NCBI GenBank assembly: GCA_032128115.1
Contig: JAQBHB010000093.1
Span: 177,599-241,598 of the forward strand
DNA: 64,000 nt
Origin: Deltaproteobacteria bacterium
GTDB lineage: Bacteria > Myxococcota_A > UBA9160 > SMWR01
Reading direction: 5' to 3'
This document shows, in pieces, positions 56,878-64,000 of the stretch (position 1 is the first letter of the stretch; each line of letters begins with the position of its first letter). Both the position numbers and the translations under genes were made by a program. The notes under the pieces were generated by a model. The model ran no database searches and was not told the origin of the DNA. It worked only from the letters and a program-made list of their open reading frames with translations.

Positions 56878-58059
56878 ATGGCGATCTACCAGGGTCCCAT
56901 GTTCGACGCCGACAACCATTACTACGAGGCCCACGACGCCTTCACCCGCCACGTGCCCCGGCGCATGCGGTCCCGCTGCGTCGAGTGGGTGGAGCTCGAG
57001 AACGGTCGGAAGTACCAGGTGGTCGGCGGCACGATCGATCGCTCGGGAAACCCCAGCTTCGATCCCATCTCCAAGCCGGGCGTCCTGCGCGAGCTCTTCC
57101 GCGGCAATCCGCGCGGGATGACCAGCGTCGAGTTGATCCGCTCGTCGCTCGAGCCGATGCCGCCCGAGTACATGGACCGCGACGCGCGGATCGCGCGGAT
57201 GGACCTGCAGGGCCTCGACGGTGCGTGGCTCTTCCCCACCCTGGGCGTCCTATACGAGGAGCCGCTGAAGAAGGACGTGGAGGCCGTCTGCACCACGTTC
57301 AGCGCCTTCAACCAGTGGCTGGACGAGGACTGGGGCCTCAACTACAAGGGCCGCATCTTCACCTCGCCGTACATCTCGCTGGCCGACGTCGACTGGGCCT
57401 GCTCGCAGCTCGACTGGGCGCTGGAGCGCGATGCGCGCATCCTGGTGATGCGCCCCAGTGCCGTGTTCACGCGAAACGGGCCGCGCAATCCGGGCCACAC
57501 GGACTTCGATCCCTTCTGGGCGCGGGTGAACGAGGCTGGCATCACCGTGGTGACCCACATCGGGGCCACGCGTCACGACAGCAACGGCTACGACACCAAA
57601 AGCATCGACGTCCTCAGCCTGGGGCCGCGGCCGAGCGTCAGCAACTTCCACCGCTCCCGGAACATCAACGACTTTCTCGCCAGCCTGGTCTTCGACCGAT
57701 TGTTCGAACGCTTCCCCAACCTGCGGGTGGCGTCGGTCGAAAACGGCTCCGAGTTCCTGGGCGACCTCCTGCGCACCTTCGACCGCACCAAGCAGCGCGT
57801 CCGCGACTACTTCGAGGACGATCCGGCCGATAGCTTTCGGGAGCACGTCTGGATCAACCCCTTCTGGGAAGACGACGTCGCGGAGGTGATCGAGCACATG
57901 GGCGCCGACCGGGTGCTCGTCGGGTCGGACTGGCCCCACATGGAGGGCCTGGCGCACCCTCGAGACATCCTCGAGGAGCTGGACGGGATCCCGGCCGCCG
58001 ATCAGCAGAAGATCCTCTACACCAACGTGAAGGCGCTGAACGAGCGGCGACCGCTCTGA
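56878..58059 (+). CDS. amidohydrolase family 2 protein
   Basis: FDADNHYYE, FDPFWARV, ERFPNLRVASVENG, GSDWPH; SD AGGAGG. Confidence 0.9.
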   Translation: MAIYQGPMFDADNHYYEAHDAFTRHVPRRMRSRCVEWVELENGRKYQVVGGTIDRSGNPSFDPISKPGVLRELFRGNPRGMTSVELIRSSLEPMPPEYMDRDARIARMDLQGLDGAWLFPTLGVLYEEPLKKDVEAVCTTFSAFNQWLDEDWGLNYKGRIFTSPYISLADVDWACSQLDWALERDARILVMRPSAVFTRNGPRNPGHTDFDPFWARVNEAGITVVTHIGATRHDSNGYDTKSIDVLSLGPRPSVSNFHRSRNINDFLASLVFDRLFERFPNLRVASVENGSEFLGDLLRTFDRTKQRVRDYFEDDPADSFREHVWINPFWEDDVAEVIEHMGADRVLVGSDWPHMEGLAHPRDILEELDGIPAADQQKILYTNVKALNERRPL

Positions 58060-58075
58060 GCGCCCTGGAGGCCTC

Positions 58076-58951
58076 TTGCCGGATCCGGCTTCCTACGAGC
58101 ACATCCTCTTCGCCGTCGAAGACGGGGTTGCGACCATCACCCTCAACCGCCCGAACCGGTTGAACGCCTTTCACTTTGCCCTCGGCGCGGAGCTGGAGTC
58201 GGCGTATGCGCGCTGTGACGCGGACGACACGGTCCGCGCAGTGGTCCTCACTGGCGCCGGGAAGGCATTCTGCGCGGGCGCTGACATGGGCGGGGGCGAC
58301 AAGACCTTCGGTGATGTGGAGGGCTCTCGACGCGCAGCCGATCCCGGGCCGGGGCGGCGTGGCCTGGCCGCTTACCAGGTGCGGAAGCCGGTGATCGCAG
58401 CCATCAACGGGCACGCGGTCGGGGTGGGACTCACACTCGCGATGCAGTGCGACCTGCGCTTCGTGGCCAGTGACGCCAAGCTGGCGTTTTCGTTCGTGCG
58501 TCGCGGCATCATTCCGGAACTGGGCTCGCACTCGATCCTGCCGCGCGTGATCGGATTCTCGCGGGCCGCGGATCTGCTGCTGAGTGGACGCACGTTCCGG
58601 GGCGAGGAGGCCGCCGCGCTGGGGCTGGCCTCCGAGGCCCTGCCTTCGGAAGCGGTCGTGCCCCGAGCGCAGGAGTGGGCCCGGGACGTCGCGGTGAATG
58701 CCGCTCCGGCATCCGTTGCCATCGCGAAGCGGCTTCTCTGGGAAGGCGTCACCGAGGCGCCGCGCGAAACAATGGCGAAGGAAAAGCCGCTCCTCGAGTG
58801 GGTGGGGAAGCAGGTCGACGCGGCCGAGGGTGTCCGCTCCTTCCTCGAGCGCCGGTCTCCCGAGTGGAAGCTCCGCGTTAGCACCGATTTGCCGGAGTGG
58901 CCCGGCGCGTCAGATTCTTCGGGTCACGGCGAGGTGGAGACAGGAAAATGA
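58076..58951 (+). CDS. enoyl-CoA hydratase/isomerase family protein
   Basis: LNRPNRLNA, AFCAGAD, AINGHAVGVG. Confidence 0.92.
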   Translation: MPDPASYEHILFAVEDGVATITLNRPNRLNAFHFALGAELESAYARCDADDTVRAVVLTGAGKAFCAGADMGGGDKTFGDVEGSRRAADPGPGRRGLAAYQVRKPVIAAINGHAVGVGLTLAMQCDLRFVASDAKLAFSFVRRGIIPELGSHSILPRVIGFSRAADLLLSGRTFRGEEAAALGLASEALPSEAVVPRAQEWARDVAVNAAPASVAIAKRLLWEGVTEAPRETMAKEKPLLEWVGKQVDAAEGVRSFLERRSPEWKLRVSTDLPEWPGASDSSGHGEVETGK

Positions 58952-59994
58952 AGCTCGGCCTGATGCTCGGATACTCCGGGGCGGAGATGAAGCTGCCCGT
59001 GGAGCTGGTGCAGCGTGCCGAGGCCCTGGGGTTCGACTCGGTCTGGACGGCGGAGGCCTACGGCTCCGATGCGACCTCGCCTCTGGCGTATCTGGCCGCG
59101 TTGACCACGCGGATCCGGCTCGGGACGTCGATCATGCAGCTAGCCGGGAGGACGCCCGCCATGGCCGCCATGCAGGCCGCGACCATCGACGCGCTGGCCG
59201 GGGGCGATCGCTTCATCGCCGGGCTCGGCGTGAGTGGGCCTCAGATTGTCGAGGGATGGTACGGCCAACCCTGGGGCAAGCCCTATTGGCGGATCCGCGA
59301 CTACGTCTCGATCATGCGCAAAGTCTTCGAGCGCGAGGAGCCGCTCACCCACGAGGGCAGGGAGATTTCGCTTCCGTATCGAGGCGAAGGTGCTCTGGGA
59401 ATCGGCAAGCCCCTCAAGTCGATCCTCCACATGAACCCGAAGATCCCCATCTGGCTTGGCACGGGTAGCGAGAGCAACGTCCGGCTCACGGCGGAGATCG
59501 CCGACGGCTGGTTTCCGCTGACGTTCGTTCCCGGCATGATGGACCTGTATCGGCCCTGGCTGGAGGAGGGCTTCCGCCGGGCTGGCGGCGGAAAGAGCCT
59601 GGAGGGCTTCGAGATCCAGCCGGGGGTATCGGTCCTCGTCACCGATGACGTGGAGCGCGCGCTCGGGCGCATGAAGCCTGGCATTGCTCTGTACGTCGGC
59701 GGCATGGGCCATCGCGACAAGAACTTTCACAACGACATGATGGTGCGCCGGGGCTACCCGGAGGCGGCCGAGAAGATCCAGGAGCTCTACCTCGCGGGCC
59801 GCAAGCGCGAGGCGATCGAGGCCGTTCCGGACGAATACTGCGACGAGGCGGCGCTGGTGGGACCGCCCCAGAGGATCCGCGACCGTTACAAGGAGTGGGA
59901 GAGCTCGGGCGCGACCGGCTTGACGCTCTCGTGCCAACGGGTCGAAGGCCTCGAGTTGATGGCGGAGCTGGCGGGCAGCCGGGATCGAGCCTGA
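58948..59994 (+). CDS. LLM class F420-dependent oxidoreductase
   Basis: VWTAEAYGSDA, GLGVSGPQIVEGWYG, LYVGGMG. Confidence 0.92.
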   Translation: MKLGLMLGYSGAEMKLPVELVQRAEALGFDSVWTAEAYGSDATSPLAYLAALTTRIRLGTSIMQLAGRTPAMAAMQAATIDALAGGDRFIAGLGVSGPQIVEGWYGQPWGKPYWRIRDYVSIMRKVFEREEPLTHEGREISLPYRGEGALGIGKPLKSILHMNPKIPIWLGTGSESNVRLTAEIADGWFPLTFVPGMMDLYRPWLEEGFRRAGGGKSLEGFEIQPGVSVLVTDDVERALGRMKPGIALYVGGMGHRDKNFHNDMMVRRGYPEAAEKIQELYLAGRKREAIEAVPDEYCDEAALVGPPQRIRDRYKEWESSGATGLTLSCQRVEGLELMAELAGSRDRA

Positions 59995-60038
59995 ATGGCA
60001 GCGATCGATCAACCCCAGCGAATCGGCACGGAGGAGTC

Positions 60039-60827
60039 ATGACAGACGTTCTGCTGGAGGAAACCGTGCAGGGGGTGCGGATCCTGCGGCTGAACCGGCC
60101 CCAGAAGAAGAACGCTCTCTCCACTGAGCTGATCTCGGCCATCATCCATGCCGTCGAACGCGCGACCGACGACGACACCGTGCGAGTGATCGGAATCATC
60201 GGAGCGGGAGATGCGTTCTGCTCCGGCGCCGACCTCACCGCCGACAAGCCGGCAAAGGGCACGCGTGCCGCCGGCGAGCGCGTGGACGACCAGGTCATCC
60301 GCCTGGTAAAGGGCCTCCGGGTCGATTGCGAGAAGCCCGTCGTCGCAGGGATCGGCGGCATCGCGATCGGCGCCGGCGTGTCGCTCGCCATGATGGCCGA
60401 CATGCGCCTTGCCAGCTCGAAGGCTCGCTTCCATCCGGGCTATGCCCGCGCCGGCACCTCTCCCGATTGCGGTCTGTCATGGACCCTGCCCCAGGCCATC
60501 GGGCACGAGCGCGCGATGCGCTTCTTCCTCGAGCAGGAGATGATCGACGCGGGGGCGGCCCTCGCCCTCGGCCTGGTGGGCGAAGTCGTCGACGCCGATG
60601 GCTTCGAGGAGGCATTCCTCGCCTATTGCCGCAAGATCGCCTCGGTCGCGCCCCTCGCTTCGACACAGACCAAGCGGCTCGTGGCTCGCGTGGGCCTGCT
60701 GGACGACCTCGAATCCCACCTGCGCGCCGAATTGAAGTACACGATGCGCGGCCTGAAAAGTGAGGACGGCAAGGAGGCGGTGCGTGCGATCTTCGAGAAG
60801 CGAAAACCAGAATTCACCGGGCGATAG
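60039..60827 (+). CDS. enoyl-CoA hydratase/isomerase family protein
   Basis: LNRPQKKNA, AFCSGAD, GIAIGAG; SD GGAGGAG. Confidence 0.92.
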   Translation: MTDVLLEETVQGVRILRLNRPQKKNALSTELISAIIHAVERATDDDTVRVIGIIGAGDAFCSGADLTADKPAKGTRAAGERVDDQVIRLVKGLRVDCEKPVVAGIGGIAIGAGVSLAMMADMRLASSKARFHPGYARAGTSPDCGLSWTLPQAIGHERAMRFFLEQEMIDAGAALALGLVGEVVDADGFEEAFLAYCRKIASVAPLASTQTKRLVARVGLLDDLESHLRAELKYTMRGLKSEDGKEAVRAIFEKRKPEFTGR

Positions 60828-60854
60828 TCGCTGGACTCCCTAGGAGAAGAGCAA

Positions 60855-62117
60855 ATGACCGACATCGACGGATTCGATCTGATCGCACCGCGTGCCTACG
60901 GGGAGCGCGGTATCCCCCACGATCAGTGGAGCGAGCTACGCCGACTGGATCGACTGCACTTCTGCGAGCCCCCGGGCTTCGCGCCCTTCTATCCAATCGT
61001 GCGCCACGAGCACATCTGCGAGATCTCCAAGCAGCCTGACATGTTCTTGAACCGTTTCGGCATCGTACTGGAGAGCAACGAGCAGAAGATCATGCTCGAG
61101 AGCGACAAGGGGATCGGCCAGATGCGCGTGATCATCGGGATGGACCCGCCCGAGCATCGCGACTACCGCAAGGTCGCGGTTTCTGCATTCACGCCTCGAG
61201 GCGTCAAGCGCGCCGACCCTGTGGTCCAGGAGAGTGCGCGCAATCTGGTGGACGGCCTGATCGAGGCGGCCAGCGGGGGTGAAGGCGAGTGCGAATTCGC
61301 CAACGAGATCGCCGCCGCGCATCCGCTTCGCATTCTCTCGACCCTCCTCGGTGTACCCCGGGAGCTGGAGCCCCGGATTCTCAAGCTCACCAACGAACTC
61401 TTTGGAGGGGACGATCCGGACCTCCAGCGCAAGGGCGAGGATCGCTTCAAGGCGGTGGAAGAACTGGCGATGGAGTTCTTTCAGCTGTTCAACGGGATCA
61501 TCGAAAACCGGCGCGCGAACCCGACGGACGACCTGGCGAGCTTGCTTGCCAACGGTCAAGTGAACGGCGAGCCGATGGGCCTGATGGAGACCCTCGGCTA
61601 TTACCTGATCACGTTCTCAGCCGGTCACGACACCACCAAGAATGCACTGACAGGCGGCATCTGCGCCCTGGCGCAGAACCCCGGCGAATTCGAGAAGCTC
61701 AAGCGCAATCCGGAGCTGATCCCCAGCGCCGTCGAAGAGATCGTGCGCTGGACCTCACCCGTCAACTACATGAAACGGGTGGTAGCGAAGGACCTCGAAT
61801 TCCACGGCCAGAAGCTCTGCAAGGGCGACAACCTCGTGCTCTTCTACGCTTCGGCGAATCGCGACGAGTCGGTCTTCGAAGACCCGTTCAGTTTCCACGT
61901 CGACCGTCACCCGAATCCACACCTCGGTTTCGGAATCGGCGAACACTTCTGCCTCGGCTCCCACCTGGCACGCGCGTCGCAGCGTGCGTTCCTGCGCGAG
62001 TTCGTCAGCAGAATCGACTCATTCGAACTCGCCGGGGAGCCCGAGCAGATCCAATCCAGCTTCGTAGTGGGTCTGAAGAAGCTGCCGCTTCGCTACCGGG
62101 TGAGCCAAGCTGCATAG
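60855..62117 (+). CDS. cytochrome P450 (CYP125/CYP108-like appearance)
   Basis: MDPPEH, AGHDTT, EEIVRW, FGIGEHFCLG. Confidence 0.92.
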   Translation: MTDIDGFDLIAPRAYGERGIPHDQWSELRRLDRLHFCEPPGFAPFYPIVRHEHICEISKQPDMFLNRFGIVLESNEQKIMLESDKGIGQMRVIIGMDPPEHRDYRKVAVSAFTPRGVKRADPVVQESARNLVDGLIEAASGGEGECEFANEIAAAHPLRILSTLLGVPRELEPRILKLTNELFGGDDPDLQRKGEDRFKAVEELAMEFFQLFNGIIENRRANPTDDLASLLANGQVNGEPMGLMETLGYYLITFSAGHDTTKNALTGGICALAQNPGEFEKLKRNPELIPSAVEEIVRWTSPVNYMKRVVAKDLEFHGQKLCKGDNLVLFYASANRDESVFEDPFSFHVDRHPNPHLGFGIGEHFCLGSHLARASQRAFLREFVSRIDSFELAGEPEQIQSSFVVGLKKLPLRYRVSQAA

Positions 62118-62153
62118 GCAGGTGCCGCATGAGCACCGGAGGGCGACAAGGGC

Positions 62154-63047
62154 ATGGACAAGATGGACTACGAAGAGATCCGGTACGAAGTGGGGGACGG
62201 CCGGGCGCGCATCACCCTGGCGCGGCCCGAGAAGCACAACGCGATGACGCCGCGGCTCCTCGAGGAACTGGAGCACGCGCTCTGGGAGGCGGACGACGAC
62301 TGCGCCGTGCACTGCGTGGTGCTGCGAGGGGAGGGGGCCTCGTTCTGCTCGGGCTATGACCTCACCGCTCTCGGGGGAACGAAGCGGCCCGGGCATCGAA
62401 CGGGCCGCAGCCACGACGACGACATCTGGCTGATCGAGCGGAACAACCGGCGCATCCGCGCGCTCTGGGAGATGCACAAGCCGTCGATTGCACAGGTCCA
62501 CGGGAACTGCCTGGCCGGAGGGACGGATCTCGCAATGGCCTGCGACATCGTGATTGCCGCGGACGACGCCCGGATCGGCTTCCCGGCGGGTCGCACCATG
62601 GGCGCCCTTCCCAACAATCTCTGGATGTACCACTGCGGTCCGCAGTGGGCGAAGCGGCTTCAGCTCACCGGCGACCTGCTGACGGGGGCGGATGCGGAGA
62701 AGATCGGCCTGGTGATGAAGGCCGTCCCGGCGGACGCGCTCGAGGACGAAGTGGAGGGCCTGGCCGACCGATTCAGCCTGATCGATCCCGATCTCCTCGC
62801 TGCCAACAAGCGCATCAGCAATCTCGCGCTCGAGCTGATGGGCGCCCAGACCCTGCAGAGGCTGGCCGGCGAAAATGATGCGCGTGCGCATCGTTCCCAG
62901 GCGGTCCGCAACTACGGGCGCAGCATCAAGGAGCAGGGTCTCAAGGAGACCCTGCGCAGGCGCGACGAGCCGTTCGGGGAGGGCTTCGCCCGGGTGGGTG
63001 AGCCCGAGGGGCGCAGCGCGGGCGTCCGAGCGGCGCGCGAGAGCTGA
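62154..63047 (+). CDS. crotonase/enoyl-CoA hydratase family protein
   Basis: RPEKHNA, FCSGYD, VHGNCLAGG. Confidence 0.9.
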   Translation: MDKMDYEEIRYEVGDGRARITLARPEKHNAMTPRLLEELEHALWEADDDCAVHCVVLRGEGASFCSGYDLTALGGTKRPGHRTGRSHDDDIWLIERNNRRIRALWEMHKPSIAQVHGNCLAGGTDLAMACDIVIAADDARIGFPAGRTMGALPNNLWMYHCGPQWAKRLQLTGDLLTGADAEKIGLVMKAVPADALEDEVEGLADRFSLIDPDLLAANKRISNLALELMGAQTLQRLAGENDARAHRSQAVRNYGRSIKEQGLKETLRRRDEPFGEGFARVGEPEGRSAGVRAARES

Positions 63048-63136
63048 CGGGGAGGATTGGACGGCATGGGGGCAAAGCGGCCCCCGGAACGCGCCGGCGC
63101 CTGCGACCGGGCACGCAGCTCGACTCCGAGCATCGG

Positions 63137-63204
63137 ATGGTGGAGGGGTTCGGAGTGGCGCGCGCCACCATCCGGGAATCGCTCCGCTTCCTCGAGCTCC
63201 AGGC
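63137..63204 (+). pseudogene. GntR/FadR HTH fragment
   Basis: MVEGFGVARATIRESLRFLELQ resembles 'fGVsR.tlREALr.Le..G'. Confidence 0.6.
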
Positions 63205-63333
63205 GGCGACATCCTCGATCGCGGCAACCGATGCATCCTTCGCCTTCGGGGGCTTGCGAAGCCCGTTCTGGGCAGCATCAACGGGGACGCGGTGGGCATC
63301 GGCTGCAGCCTGGCTCTGGCCACGGATCTGCGC
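63205..63333 (+). pseudogene. enoyl-CoA hydratase internal fragment
   Basis: LRGLAKPVLGSINGDAVGIGCSLALATDLR, no start or end. Confidence 0.7.
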
Positions 63334-63365
63334 GGGGCGGCACCACAGTTCGGTGCCCACGATGC

Positions 63366-63443
63366 GGATAGGCGATTCAAGCGCCGTTCTGGCTCAGTGG
63401 GTAAAGTCCGATGAGCGTTGAAATGCCAGGTCGTCCGGCGGGG
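63366..63443 (-). mobile_element. diverged oriIS-like module
   Basis: GGATAGGCGATTCAAGCGC...GTCCGA...AATGCC...CGGCGGGG; same blocks in the same order as the 85-bp module. Confidence 0.55.
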
Positions 63444-63480
63444 ATCCTCTACAAGCCCTGCGAGGCAGGGGGTGCACCAG

Positions 63481-64000
63481 GTGAATTGGTACAGAATCAA
63501 GACTGCGTTCGTCGGATTGAAGCGACTGGCAACGTTGCCCGAAGAGGACAAGCAAGCGTGCATTGATGCATATAGATTCTTTCAAGCAATGCAAGCAGGT
63601 GAAAAGACAGAGACGGCGGACGAGACGAAAGCGGTCGCCGACTACTACAAGGTCTTGAACAACATGTTGTCGATCTTCGATCTCGAGAAACTCTACATCC
63701 CTCCACAGCTGAACGACTCGGAGGGTTTGTACGGGAACCAGTTGCTGTGCGAACAAGCTGTGTTGAAAGAGCTGGATCTAGAGGTCCCCGAAGAGTCCCA
63801 CCTATTGGACATGGGATGCGGGCGTGGACGAATCGCCCACTACTTTGCGTCGATGACCGGCGGTCAGGTGTCGGGCTACAACATCGATCCGAATCAGATC
63901 GAGAACGCGATCGACTGGGCCTCCGAGTGTGGAATGAGCGACCAGCTCCACTTCAAGGTGGGCAATCACCACGAACCGCTCGACTACGAATCCGGCAGCT
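63481..64000 (+). CDS. class I SAM-dependent methyltransferase, sterol-methyltransferase-like; runs off the window end
   Basis: own translation from GTG 63481: ...DYYKVLN...EKLYIPP...LLDMGCGRGRIAH...GYNIDPNQI; open to 64000. Confidence 0.8.
   Translation, partial: MNWYRIKTAFVGLKRLATLPEEDKQACIDAYRFFQAMQAGEKTETADETKAVADYYKVLNNMLSIFDLEKLYIPPQLNDSEGLYGNQLLCEQAVLKELDLEVPEESHLLDMGCGRGRIAHYFASMTGGQVSGYNIDPNQIENAIDWASECGMSDQLHFKVGNHHEPLDYESGS

Overview
GC-rich bacterial DNA with about 55 genes and no rRNA, tRNA or CRISPR array seen. Gene content is dominated by lipid, steroid-like and aromatic catabolism: four crotonase-fold enzymes, three P450s, two F420-type LLM oxidoreductases, an acyl-CoA synthetase, WS/DGAT, a sulfotransferase and sulfatases. 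The mycobacterial-type genes sit beside Gram-negative hallmarks (RND adaptor lipoprotein, sigma54-like promoters, a PilB/GspE relic), which suggests a Myxococcota/Binatota-like organism (inference). Main points: (1) At 49.3-55.2 kb an array of foreign DNA slabs, broken mid-gene at several junctions, is delimited by copies of an 85-bp module that carries an IS91/ISCR oriIS-like end. The array ends in an IS91 transposase remnant, and a diverged copy of the module at 63.37 kb precedes an AT-richer methyltransferase. This looks like a Helitron-like rolling-circle gene-capture system. (2) A cNMP-binding domain is fused to a cytochrome P450. (3) A pgsB-pgsC-pgsW poly-gamma-glutamate operon is divergent from an MscK-like channel. 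(4) A diiron protein / hemerythrin / Crp-Fnr / radical SAM / desaturase cluster has a candidate Fnr-type box. (5) A GT-methyltransferase-like-ELM1 fusion lies next to a GT8-like gene and an MMPL exporter. (6) Many short gene relics and short tandem duplications fall at gene boundaries. All family calls come from motif recognition by eye, not from database searches.
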